Below, piece after piece: positions 16,866 through 25,425 of a stretch of DNA of 64,000 bases; position 1 is the stretch's first letter; every line of letters begins with the position of its first letter. The notes beneath the pieces are model-generated. The model was not told the origin of the DNA and made no database searches. It saw only the letters and a program-made list of their open reading frames with translations. Origin of the DNA: Chromatiaceae bacterium (GTDB taxonomy: Bacteria; Pseudomonadota; Gammaproteobacteria; Chromatiales; Chromatiaceae); contig JALSSC010000064.1 of NCBI GenBank assembly GCA_026984455.1, positions 39,363-103,362 of the forward strand. Reading direction: 5' to 3'. Both the position numbers and the translations under genes were made by a program.

Positions 16866-17744
16866 TCAGTTGACCGCTACTTCCTGAGTGTTGCGGGGCC
16901 CGCCCATTCCCTGGGTCAATCCCGTCTCTCGCATGATGAACTCGCGACTCTTGGCGCTGGATGGGCTCTTGAAGAAATCCTCGGTCCGAGAGAACTCGCC
17001 CAGGATCCCGAATTCTTTATCATTATGGATCATGGCGCTGTAATCACTGACCCGATGCGCCTGGCCCAGGCTGTGGGTGACCAACAGCACCAACTTGGTG
17101 CGTCCCAGGTCTCGAATGATCTGTTCGATTTTTTCGGTTGCAATCGGATCCAGCGCCGACGTGGGCTCGTCGAACAGGAAGATGTTGGAATCCTTTAACA
17201 GCCCCATGGCGATGGACAGGCGTTGTTGTTGGCCACCCGACAGGCGCTGGGCACGCTGTTTCCACCATTGTGCGTCCAGCTCATCGAGCAGTCCGACCTG
17301 CTCAAGCGCATGTTCCATCAGCCCACGCCATTGCTTGCGCTCGACCTTCCGCTTGCGCAGAGGTATTTTCAGATTGTCCCATATGGAACACGGGAACACG
17401 GTCGGCTTCTGCCACACCATTGCAAAATGGGAGCAGACGCTATCCGGCGCATCGGTATCGCCGACACAAGTGATCTCGATATGGCCCTCATGGTTCAGGT
17501 TCTCGTCCATCAGCTCGGACATGGCCTTCAGCAGCGTACTCTTGCCGGAGCCGGAAGGGCCCATGATGGCCACCACGCCGGTTTTCGGCAGGCGCAGCTC
17601 ATCGACCGTCAGGATCGTTTTATTCTTGGCGACAATTTTCAGGTCCTTGATGGTCATTCCGCAATGGGATGGGTCGTCGAACAAGAGCTGGACATGTTCA
17701 TTCTTGTGGGCCTGATCCGATGCAGCAAGGGATAGGGTAGACAT
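16866..17744 (-). CDS. pstB: phosphate-type ABC transporter ATP-binding protein (PstB-like)
   Basis: Start MSTLSLAAS... at 17744, with GGAGG 9 nt upstream and 4 nt after the pstA-like stop. Motifs: GPSGSGKSTLL, QKPTVFPCSIWDNL (compare PstB PFPMSIYDN), LSGGQQQRLSIA, LFDEPTSALDP. Confidence 0.85.
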   Translation of the reverse strand: MSTLSLAASDQAHKNEHVQLLFDDPSHCGMTIKDLKIVAKNKTILTVDELRLPKTGVVAIMGPSGSGKSTLLKAMSELMDENLNHEGHIEITCVGDTDAPDSVCSHFAMVWQKPTVFPCSIWDNLKIPLRKRKVERKQWRGLMEHALEQVGLLDELDAQWWKQRAQRLSGGQQQRLSIAMGLLKDSNIFLFDEPTSALDPIATEKIEQIIRDLGRTKLVLLVTHSLGQAHRVSDYSAMIHNDKEFGILGEFSRTEDFFKSPSSAKSREFIMRETGLTQGMGGPRNTQEVAVN

Positions 17745-17748
17745 GGCA

Positions 17749-18510
17749 TCAATCCTCCGCAAGGTAGCGATTGGCAAGACGTGGGCCGATAAAGAGAAAC
17801 AACAGGAAGATGATCAAGAGCAGCGACAGGCTCCGGGCCTCTGGCATGCCGCCCGGAATATCCATCGCCAAAAGGTAAATATGGAAATTCAGCAGCCGGA
17901 CCGAGTCCATAATGGATTCCGGAAAGGTCGTCACCGCCCCACAGGTCAGCATGACCGCGGCCGTATCGCCCAGGGAGGTGGCCCAGCCGAGAATCAGCGC
18001 ATCGATTATCTTGCCTTTCTGGTAGGCCGGCGCCAGGCGAAACAGCAGCTCCAATGGGCCGACGCCGAAAGATTTGGCCGCCATGCCATAACGTTGGTTG
18101 AAAGGACGAAGCAATTGCGAAAAGGCCGTCACCAGGGTCGGATACAGCAGCATGATCAGGGTGAGCATGGCGGACAGCATCGACCAGCCAAAGCCCAGGG
18201 TGTCGCAGAACAGAAGAAAACCGATGATGCCGAGGACGATGGATGGCATTCCGGCCAGTATATAGACAGATACCGAGGTCAGTGACTGCAACCAGGAGGG
18301 CAGGCGGATGATCCCGGCCATGACGCCCGCGATCAGGTAGGCGGGAAGTGCCGAGACCAGAACCGCGCCGAGCGTGGTGATGACGGTGCCCACGATTATC
18401 CCGGCGGTGGTATGTGCAAATTGCAATGGCCTGATGAAGGTGGCGATCATGCTCAAGGTCAGCAGCAGATACAACCACAAGAGCCAGCGTTTTCTGATGA
18501 TCTCAAACAT
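17749..18510 (-). CDS. pstA: ABC transporter permease (PstA-like)
   Basis: 253 aa polytopic membrane protein with a BPD_transp_1-type EAA loop (KSFGVGPLELLFRLAPAYQKGKIIDALILGWATSLGDTAAV). Sits in operon position between the pstC-like and pstB-like genes. Confidence 0.8.
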   Translation of the reverse strand: MFEIIRKRWLLWLYLLLTLSMIATFIRPLQFAHTTAGIIVGTVITTLGAVLVSALPAYLIAGVMAGIIRLPSWLQSLTSVSVYILAGMPSIVLGIIGFLLFCDTLGFGWSMLSAMLTLIMLLYPTLVTAFSQLLRPFNQRYGMAAKSFGVGPLELLFRLAPAYQKGKIIDALILGWATSLGDTAAVMLTCGAVTTFPESIMDSVRLLNFHIYLLAMDIPGGMPEARSLSLLLIIFLLFLFIGPRLANRYLAED

Positions 18511-19411
18511 TGATCAGCCTCTTGTACTGTACCAGCAGCACGGTCAGAATCAGTACGATGGCCAGGCTGGACATGGCGAACAGCGCCTTTTCATGCATGC
18601 CCGCCGCGTAGGCCATTTCCAGTGCAATGGCCGCGGTGAGCGAGCGAAAACTCTGGAACAGAGTATGAGGTATTTGCAGGCTGTTTCCCGACAGCATCAG
18701 TACCACCATGGTCTCGCCGAAGATGCGACAGAAGATGTAATTCGCGGTGCCGATTACGGCCGTGGGCTGGCTCTTGATGAACAATTCGGAACGGCTCAGT
18801 GCGGACATCTGAAAGCTGTTTTCAATCCCCTGGTACTGATCCAGATGGGACAGGTAACTGCGATAGAACAGCAGGGTGCAGATGGGCACGATGAAAATGG
18901 TGAGTCCGATGGATGTGGCCAGCAGAGAATAGCCCGTACCGCCGAAGGTCCTGCGCACGGCCGGAATGAGTTCGATGATCGCCCAGACCCCAATGATGAC
19001 GGAAGGCAGGGAAATCCAGACCTCGAGTATGCCGACGATGACCGGGTTGATCCAGTTTCGGCGGTTGTCAACCAGTTGCAGGCTGAGCATCCAGCCGATA
19101 AACAAAGACAACGGAAGGGTTATGAGCACCAGTAGAAAACTGCCAGTGAGTGGGGTCATCATCCCGTACAAGCCCTGGCCTGGCAGCCAGTCGAAGGACA
19201 TCCAGTTGGAGAGGGGGACCGATTCGAAGAATTCGAGGGAATTGATGATCGGATACGCCAGCAGGAATATCAGAATCAGCACCAGGAGCAGGATGATCAG
19301 CTTCATGGGAGAGAGCGTCTCTTTCAATGCGCGTAAGCGAGTTGTAAGCAATACAGGCTTGTCACGGTTCAACCTGTTGGCGCCTCGAATACCCTTTACC
19401 ATGCCCGTCAT
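18503..19411 (-). CDS. pstC: ABC transporter permease (PstC-like)
   Basis: 302 aa polytopic membrane protein that overlaps the pstA-like start by 8 nt. The start could also be the downstream MKLIILLL. Confidence 0.8.
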   Translation of the reverse strand: MTGMVKGIRGANRLNRDKPVLLTTRLRALKETLSPMKLIILLLVLILIFLLAYPIINSLEFFESVPLSNWMSFDWLPGQGLYGMMTPLTGSFLLVLITLPLSLFIGWMLSLQLVDNRRNWINPVIVGILEVWISLPSVIIGVWAIIELIPAVRRTFGGTGYSLLATSIGLTIFIVPICTLLFYRSYLSHLDQYQGIENSFQMSALSRSELFIKSQPTAVIGTANYIFCRIFGETMVVLMLSGNSLQIPHTLFQSFRSLTAAIALEMAYAAGMHEKALFAMSSLAIVLILTVLLVQYKRLINV

Positions 19412-19563
19412 GACGATAAATGAAACCTGTTACTTTCCATGCATGAAATAGCCAGTCGACAGATGCAGCCGCTGCTCCTGAAAGAAGGCTTACTGATCCA
19501 CGGCCACCTGTCTGATGCGATGAACCCGCAAGCAGGCCGGAAGGCCCGCTTGCGGGTGTTTTC

Positions 19564-20358
19564 TTAGAGTTCGGGCCGTGTCCCACCGTCCAGGAAGATC
19601 TTGCGGGCGGCATCGGTGGCCAATACCTTGCGTACGCGTTCCGCCAGGGCGGCGTTCTTTTCTTTGTACACCAGATTCAGCGTACGCTGCAATTTATATT
19701 TGCCGCTGACGACATTCTCCGGCGTACCCTCGACACCATCCAGCTTCAGCATCTTGACGGGCTCGCCTTGCTTGATGGCGGCCTCCACGGCGGAATAAGA
19801 CAGGTAGGCGATGGCGTGGGGATCTCCGGCCACGGCGGTGATGGCCTGTCCATTGGCGCCGATGATGATCAGACCTCTGTCCAGAGGACGCCCGTATTTT
19901 CCCAGCTTGAAGAACTCGTCAAAGGCGGCCTTGGTGCCCCGGCCCGCCTCCTTGGCGACGGGGTGGAGTTCGTAACCGTTAATCGCCTTTATCTTGCCGG
20001 TATAGAGATCGATCACCTGCTGGGTCGTGATGTTGTCGAAAGGAACGGCCTTGTTGGCGAGCATGACCAACCAGTCGCGGGCGACCACCATCTTCTTCAC
20101 ATATGGCTTTTCTTCCTCCTTCAGCTCACGGGACATCATGCCGAAATCGGCCATGCCCATTTTGGCCGTCTTGAAGCCCACGGATGAGCCGCCGGCCTGG
20201 ATGCTCGCCTTCATGCCCGCCTTCTCCAGCAAGGGCGCCATCTTTTCCATGAAGGGGAGCAGCGTCGTGCTCCCCGCGAATGTCACGGTCTCGGCAGCGA
20301 CCGACGTGGCCAGGAAGAGCGATGGTAAAAGGGCGAGAACGGGTTTTATGAGTTTCAT
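19564..20358 (-). CDS. pstS: phosphate-type ABC transporter substrate-binding protein (PstS/PhoT family)
   Basis: Start MKLIKPVLALL... at 20358, with GGAGG 9 nt upstream. Has a signal peptide and AGSTTLLPFMEKMAP...GGSSVGF motifs typical of the PBP_like_2 family. Confidence 0.85.
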   Translation of the reverse strand: MKLIKPVLALLPSLFLATSVAAETVTFAGSTTLLPFMEKMAPLLEKAGMKASIQAGGSSVGFKTAKMGMADFGMMSRELKEEEKPYVKKMVVARDWLVMLANKAVPFDNITTQQVIDLYTGKIKAINGYELHPVAKEAGRGTKAAFDEFFKLGKYGRPLDRGLIIIGANGQAITAVAGDPHAIAYLSYSAVEAAIKQGEPVKMLKLDGVEGTPENVVSGKYKLQRTLNLVYKEKNAALAERVRKVLATDAARKIFLDGGTRPEL

Positions 20359-20510
20359 GCGCGGATCCTCCAAAGGTTATAGGTTTGGTCTCGGTGCTCC
20401 GCCATCCGTGGCAAAGACCGACCGATGCCGGAAACGGGAGTTCACGGCGGTTGTCGCTTGCAGCCGGTGGAGGTGGCTTCAAACGGCGGCGCATCCAAGC
20501 GCCGCTGGGA

Positions 20511-20849
20511 TCAGTGGGCCAGCAGATGGTGGCGGCGCGCCCCACCTTGGCTGGGAGGGCGCCAGAAAGGCAACGACGCCGCCGGGTCCGATCTCGGACG
20601 GGATCCGGCGGCGGCGGGCCGGCTAGGGTCCTGGCCGAGATCTACGAAGCCGGATAGGCTGTCGACGGCGGCTCTTGATCCCGCAATCCTGCGCATCTTC
20701 GGGTTGTGGCGGCTCTCGCCGACAGCGCCATGGGAAAAGGGTCGTGATATATACGCGGCTTCTGGCCGACGCCACACCCACGCTGACGCAGTCAGAATGC
20801 CGGCAAACCAAGAGATGGCCTCAAGACCAATGTGGATCGGTGCCGTCAC
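20511..20849 (-). CDS. possible small membrane protein (112 aa), very uncertain
   Basis: Track ORF with a GTG start preceded by GGAGG at about 10 nt. It has one hydrophobic helix (IGLEAISWFAGILTASAWVW), mixed GC3 like the adjacent Pst-like operon, and an Arg/Pro-rich low-complexity tail. Confidence 0.3.
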   Translation of the reverse strand: MTAPIHIGLEAISWFAGILTASAWVWRRPEAAYISRPFSHGAVGESRHNPKMRRIAGSRAAVDSLSGFVDLGQDPSRPAAAGSRPRSDPAASLPFWRPPSQGGARRHHLLAH

Positions 20850-21456
20850 GCGCCGAAATTCCTCCTCAGGGGCTTTCTTTTACTCTGGTATTTTATAGTT
20901 TTATGCCAAACTACTGCATCCACGCCATGGATCGGGCCGATGACCCTGCAGGCGTGTCAGGCTTGGTCTGTCCACTCATGCTGGTGGATTGATTTATCAT
21001 TCGACTATATCGAACAAGTGTGAAAAGGTACATATTATTTCACCGACTGTCAACACCAAGTCACAAGATCCATTTTTCCGCTCGTTACTACAGGGGGGTG
21101 TCCGTCGGTATTTAATATGCCGGGTCATATATTAAGAGAGATCGTATATAGCGAGATGAACGGTTGGTCACCGGGGCCCGTGGATCTCGCTTGGAGGATC
21201 GGAATCCCTCGGTACAGGGACACAATGAGCGGGGGCATGATGGGAAGGTCGGGCGGTTCAGGGCAGAAGGCATGTCATTCCCATTCGTGGAGGGCGGTGG
21301 TGCGCCGCCGCCTCACGCAGGCCGCCGACCGCAGGTGACCGCAAGGACAGGTTCGCCAGAGGCGCTGGAAACAATGTTCTAGCCCTTCTCGCAGGGGGGC
21401 ACTTCGGGTGAGGCGAAAGAGAGAGGCAAGGTTTCCGCTCGTGGCGACTGTCCGAA

Positions 21457-23046
21457 TCAGGTTCCCTTGGCCGACAGTTCGGCGACGACGGCCGCCAGCC
21501 CCGCCGCGTCGGGCGCTTCGCTCGTATCCAGGCGTACGGCGTGACGTATCTCTTCCGGGTCCAGGGGATCACGGGTGGCGGCCTGACGATGCAATACCTC
21601 GATTCCCGCCTCGGAGGCGTCGCTGCCTTCGGTCAGGCGCCCGGCGACCCGCGCCTCCAGGATCTCCAGCGGTGCCTCCAGATCGAGGAGGGTCCAGGGT
21701 ACGCCCTCCTCCCGGGCGAGGGCGGCGAAGGCCTTGCGGTCCCCGGCGCGTAGGAAGGTGGCGTCCACCAGCACCGGATAACCCGCCGCCAATACCGGGC
21801 GGGCCAGTTCTCTCAGGCGCGCATAGGTGCGGCGCCCCGCCTCGGGGGTGTAGATCCCCCCTTCCAGGGGCGCGCCGGTACGGGCCTCGGCGGCCAGTCC
21901 GAACAGGCGTTTGCGTTCCACGTCGGAGCGGATGCGGATCAGGGGCGTCGCCTCCAGCAGGGCCTGGCCGAGGCGCGTCTTGCCGCTGCCGGAGAGGCCA
22001 TGGGTGAGGATCAGGCGTGCCCCCCGCGGCTGGATATAGCCTTCGGCCAAGGCCACGTAACGGCCGTATTCGGCCAGGACGGAGGTGCGCTCTGCGGCCG
22101 GCAGGTCCGGCTGGGCCAGGCGGATGGCGGTGACCTTGGCCCGCACCAGGGCGCGATAGACCTTGTAGAAGTCCAGCAGCGGAAGCCCGGCGTAGTCGCC
22201 GGTGCGTTCCAGCCAGCGGTTGAGGAATCGCCGGGCGAGGCCGGCGTGGCCGGCCTGTTCCAGGTCCATGACCAGAAAGGCCGCCTCGTTCATCACGTCG
22301 ATCCAGCGCAGATCCGGGTTGAACTCGATGCCGTCGAAGATCACCACCTGGCCGTCCACCAGGGCGATGTTGCCCAGATGCATATCGCCGTGACATTCAC
22401 GCACGTGGCCCTCGGCCTTGCGCGCGCCGAGCAGGTCGTGCAGGGAGCGGTAGCGCTCCCCGGTCCAGGCCTCGAGCGGATCGAGGCGGGCGAGCTCCCG
22501 GGCATCGTCGCCGAGCAGCGGTCGGATCTGGTCGAAATTCTGTTGCATGGGGAAGAACACCGCCTCGGGGTCGCCGTAGGGGGCGTCGGACGCGGCCGCC
22601 GGGATGGCCGCGTGGAACTCTGCGGCGCGGTCCGCGATGCGGTCGATGATCGCGGGCGCGGGGCCGCGTCTCGACAGCAGGGCGTCCTGGGGGAAGCGGC
22701 GCATCCGCACGGCATAGTCCAGGACCTCGCCCCCGCCGCCGAAGCGCGGCGCCTCCACGCTGCCGGTGATGGGCACCACCCCCAGATAGATGCGCTCGGC
22801 GAGGCGGCGGTTGAGACGCAGCTCCTCCTCACAGCAGAAGCGCCGGCGTTCCAGGGTGGAGAAGTCGAGGAAGCCGAGGTCCAGGGGCTTCTTGATCTTG
22901 TAGGCGTAGTCGCCCGCCAGGAGGACGTGGGAGATGTGGGTCTGGAGGTGCTGGAGAGGGTCGGCGGGGTGGTCGAAGGCCTCGGGACGTTGCAGGGCCT
23001 CCACCATGCGTGCTTGGGTAGAGAGGTCGAGTTCCATGGGGAATCC
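21457..23046 (-). CDS. bifunctional aminoglycoside-phosphotransferase-like kinase / AAA (P-loop) protein
   Basis: Internal start MELDLSTQARMVEAL... at 23046; the longer track ORF runs into repeat copy C. N-terminal APH-like HGDMHLGNIAL...FDGIEF; C-terminal P-loop GLSGSGKT. Confidence 0.8.
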   Translation of the reverse strand, partial: GFPMELDLSTQARMVEALQRPEAFDHPADPLQHLQTHISHVLLAGDYAYKIKKPLDLGFLDFSTLERRRFCCEEELRLNRRLAERIYLGVVPITGSVEAPRFGGGGEVLDYAVRMRRFPQDALLSRRGPAPAIIDRIADRAAEFHAAIPAAASDAPYGDPEAVFFPMQQNFDQIRPLLGDDARELARLDPLEAWTGERYRSLHDLLGARKAEGHVRECHGDMHLGNIALVDGQVVIFDGIEFNPDLRWIDVMNEAAFLVMDLEQAGHAGLARRFLNRWLERTGDYAGLPLLDFYKVYRALVRAKVTAIRLAQPDLPAAERTSVLAEYGRYVALAEGYIQPRGARLILTHGLSGSGKTRLGQALLEATPLIRIRSDVERKRLFGLAAEARTGAPLEGGIYTPEAGRRTYARLRELARPVLAAGYPVLVDATFLRAGDRKAFAALAREEGVPWTLLDLEAPLEILEARVAGRLTEGSDASEAGIEVLHRQAATRDPLDPEEIRHAVRLDTSEAPDAAGLAAVVAELSAKGT

Positions 23047-23092
23047 TTTATGAATAGAAAAAACTGATATTGTGATCAATATTGCTTGTTGA

Positions 23093-23298
23093 TATACCCG
23101 TCGTACGTGAATATTTCTGTCCTTCGGTTCGTAAACGGCACATCCCTGTGCCACTCCTCGTGTTTCGAGGGTGTTCCTCGTGCCCCTGGGCAAGGCGCGG
23201 AAGCGAGTCATCGCGGGGACTATGGCGAGCAATCGCCACACCGCCCAGGGGTGCGAGGGGCGGCCGCAGTAGCAAAATATCCACGTGCGACGGGTATA
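23093..23298 (+). mobile_element. MITE-like foldback repeat, copy C (best preserved)
   Basis: TATACCCGTCGTACGTGAATA ... ATATCCACGTGCGACGGGTATA has TIRs matching at 19 of 21 positions, TA on both flanks and an internally self-complementary arm (CCTCGTGCCCCTGGGC / GCCCAGGGGTGCGAGG). It sits in the divergent promoter region between the genes starting at 23046 (-) and 23340 (+). Confidence 0.75.
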
Positions 23299-23339
23299 AT
23301 ATTCCCGGCCTGACCATTCGACCCGGAGGATCTCACGAC

Positions 23340-23540
23340 ATGACCATTGACCGTATGGTACTGGCCTTCGCCGGCCTCTTCATCCTGCTCTCGGTGCTTC
23401 TGGCGGTCTATCACGATCTGCGCTGGCTCTGGTTCACCGGTTTCGTGGGCGCCAATCTGCTGCAATCGGCCTTCACCGGGTTCTGCCCCCTCGCCATGAT
23501 CCTGAAGAAACTGGGCCGGAAACCGGGTGCGGCCTTCTGA
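23340..23540 (+). CDS. DUF2892 (YgaP-like transmembrane domain) protein
   Basis: 66 aa: [59 protein letters not shown]. The FTGFCP...LG signature is present. GGAGG upstream. It forms the 3' part of track ORF 23082..23540. Confidence 0.7.
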   Translation: MTIDRMVLAFAGLFILLSVLLAVYHDLRWLWFTGFVGANLLQSAFTGFCPLAMILKKLGRKPGAAF

Positions 23541-23719
23541 TCTCCATCCTTCTTCACGGTGGGAGCGGCTTCAGCCGCGACGACTCGCGCGCGGAGCAGT
23601 CCCCCCGATCGCGGCTCAAGCCGGGCCCACCCAGCTCGTGGCCCGGATGAAGCGCACCGGAATCCGGAGTGCCGCCGAGCCGCTCCCGTGTCACGCCCTT
23701 CTCCCAGGGATATAGGGCG

Positions 23720-24565
23720 TCAGTGGCTGTCGGCGAAGAGGCCGGCGCGCAGGGAGCGGGCCTGGGGATCGTCTGCGGGCAGCAGATCGAGCAGGGCAAG
23801 GATCGCCGCCCTGGGGGCGCCCTGGCGGAATCCCGGGGCCTTCCGGTGGAGTTCGAGGAGCCGCCCGGCGGCCTCGGGAAGGCGGTCCTTCACCACCAGA
23901 CGGGCGGCCTGCCGGTAGATGGCCTCGGGCTCGCCGCCTTCCGTGGGCCCTTCCTCCTCGGCGGCGGCGAGCAGATCCAGGTGGGCCAGGAGGCGGCCGA
24001 TCTCGGGGACCTGCGCGCGGGCCGCCGGGGGGATGGCGGTGAGCAGCGCATGGGCGTCCGCGCGGCGGCCGTCCTGGACCAGAAGTTTGGCCAGGGACAG
24101 GGGGATCTGCAGATCTTCGGGGTGTTCCATGGCGGCATCGGCCAGGCGCCGGATGGCCTGCTCCCGGTCGCCGGCCTGCCAGTCGCTCAGGGCGCCGCGC
24201 AGGGCCGGGGCGGGACGGCGGCCGAGGCGCGCCTCGATGGCCGCGCGGTAGTCCGCCATGGCCTGGACCCCATGCAGGGTCTCCACCACCTCGCCGTTGC
24301 GGTAGAACTTGCAGGTGGGGATGCTGTGGACCCCGATGCGCCGGGCGAGGGCCGATTCCTCGTCCACGTTCAGGGTCGCAAGGAGGAAACGCCCCGCCAG
24401 CTCCCGGGCGACGCGGCTCAGCATCTCCACCTGGCGCAGCGAGGGCCCGGCGCGTGGCGACCAGAAATCCACCAGCACCAGACCACGCCGGGAGTTGCCC
24501 AGCACCAGTTCTTGGAAATTGGCCGCGGTGACGGCACGGATGGGGGGCTCGGTCATGTGACGCAC
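23720..24565 (-). CDS. thioredoxin-fold / TPR co-chaperone-like protein (YbbN/CnoX-like), no active-site cysteines
   Basis: 281 aa. The N-terminal thioredoxin fold reads LVDFWSPRAGPSLRQ where thioredoxins have WCGPC. The C-terminal half is TPR-like and helical. Confidence 0.75.
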   Translation of the reverse strand: MRHMTEPPIRAVTAANFQELVLGNSRRGLVLVDFWSPRAGPSLRQVEMLSRVARELAGRFLLATLNVDEESALARRIGVHSIPTCKFYRNGEVVETLHGVQAMADYRAAIEARLGRRPAPALRGALSDWQAGDREQAIRRLADAAMEHPEDLQIPLSLAKLLVQDGRRADAHALLTAIPPAARAQVPEIGRLLAHLDLLAAAEEEGPTEGGEPEAIYRQAARLVVKDRLPEAAGRLLELHRKAPGFRQGAPRAAILALLDLLPADDPQARSLRAGLFADSH

Positions 24566-24661
24566 ATCGAGAGGTTCAGATTGCCATAGTCTAGGATGAT
24601 CCTCGTGGAAAACACCATTGTCTATTTTGGGGAAAACGTGCCAGTATGACCCGATGGCTGA

Positions 24662-24716
24662 CCCTGCCCCGGAGCCTGTCTGAACGAAGACGAGGTCTTC
24701 ACTCAGGCACTACAGT
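24662..24716 (+). repeat. conserved ~55-nt hairpin leader motif, copy 2
   Basis: CCCTGCCCCGGAGCCTGTCTGAACGAAGACGAGGTCTTCACTCAGGCACTACAGT abuts an ATG at 24717. It matches the minus-sense sequence of 1705-1761. Confidence 0.55.
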
Positions 24717-24869
24717 ATGCGAGGTGATCCGGTGAGAAACTGCAAGCGCTGTCGTCTGAGTCATACCTGTAACACCATGCCCGGGATCTGCCTGTGGATC
24801 CCCTATGCCCTGATCGCTGCGGTATCGCTGGGGCTGATTGCCCTGTTCGTGTCCCAGGAAATGTTCTGA
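24717..24869 (+). CDS. possible 50-aa CxxC membrane peptide (below the ORF-track length cutoff)
   Basis: My translation: MRGDPVRNCKRCRLSHTCNTMPGICLWIPYALIAAVSLGLIALFVSQEMF. It has one clear TM helix but no Shine-Dalgarno. The only support is the conserved leader motif shared with the sheath gene. Confidence 0.25.
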   Translation: MRGDPVRNCKRCRLSHTCNTMPGICLWIPYALIAAVSLGLIALFVSQEMF

Positions 24870-24937
24870 TCGGGGCCTCCCGCAAGGGCGACGGGCCCCG
24901 TCACTGGCGGCCCTCTGGAGGACAGGGCCTTGACCGC

Positions 24938-25120
24938 CACGGGTCCGGGCACTAGAGTCTCCCGGCCCCGGGGTGTTCGGGAAGCCGGTGAAAATCCGGC
25001 ACTGCCCCCGCAACGGTGAATGGATGGCCCCCCGAACGGGGGCCGGACGCTGCACGGCCACTGGGAGACCCCTGGGAAGGCGCATCCGTCCCGCTCCATG
25101 AGTCCGGAGACCGGCCCTGA
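24938..25120 (+). promoter_or_regulatory. cobalamin (B12) riboswitch
   Basis: GGGAAGCCGGTGAAAATCCGGCACTGCCCCCGCAACGGTGA, then GCCACTGGGAG...GGGAAGGCG, then the B12 box AGTCCGGAGACCGGCC at 25101-25116. It lies upstream of a TonB-dependent receptor and a cobalamin adenosyltransferase. Confidence 0.85.
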
Positions 25121-25122
25121 GG

Positions 25123-25304
25123 CATACCGGTCGCACGTGAATAAGTCGTGTTGCGCGGGTGCCCCTCGTGTCCCTGGGTAAGGCCCTGCCTGCCGCAGGC
25201 AGGGCGGAAGCGAGCCGTGGCAGGGACCATGGCGGGCTTTCGCCACACAGCCCAGGGCTGCGAGGGGCGGCCGCAATCGCGGGAGATTTGCGTGCGACGG
25301 GTAT
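25123..25304 (+). mobile_element. MITE-like foldback repeat, copy D (internal deletion plus extra hairpin)
   Basis: CATACCGGTCGCACGTGAATA ... TTTGCGTGCGACGGGTAT. The right half aligns with copy C (GCGGAAGCGAGCC..GGGACCATGGCGGGC...CCCAGGGCTGCGAGGGGCGGCCGCA). It lies between the riboswitch and the btuB start. Confidence 0.7.
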
Positions 25305-25425
25305 CCCGTACCGGTGTTGCGGTGGGCCGCACCGAGGTCTGTCCTCGCGCGCTGTGTCGTCGGGGACGGGCCTGTACACGCCCCTTGCATCCCGGTTGGT
25401 ATCCACGCCACCGAGATCCCTTCCC

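Noticed and set aside
21047-21064. The Pho-box-like direct repeat CTGTCAACACCAAGTCAC in the AT-rich core.
   Set aside because: The second half-site matches only 5 of 7 positions. The site is about 690 bp from the pstS-like start, with a possible ORF and a hairpin in between. It is too weak to call.
21170-21345. Considered as a riboswitch. I compared it from memory with cobalamin, ZTP, NiCo, glycine, TPP, SAH, Moco and yybP motifs.
   Set aside because: No class-defining conserved nucleotides were found. Only a 7-bp closing helix supports structure. It is reported as an unexplained region, not as an RNA gene.
23561-23687. The long-range inverted repeat GGGAGCGGCT ... AGCCGCTCCC between the convergent DUF2892 and thioredoxin-like genes.
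   Set aside because: It is a single 10-bp pair separated by about 110 nt, with no U-tract and no second copy elsewhere in the window. It could be chance in GC-rich DNA.
24636-24652. The sigma-54-like sequence TTGGGGAAAACGTGCC upstream of leader-motif copy 2.
   Set aside because: The GG-to-GC spacing is one nucleotide short of the invariant N10, and the -24 and -12 flanks are poor.
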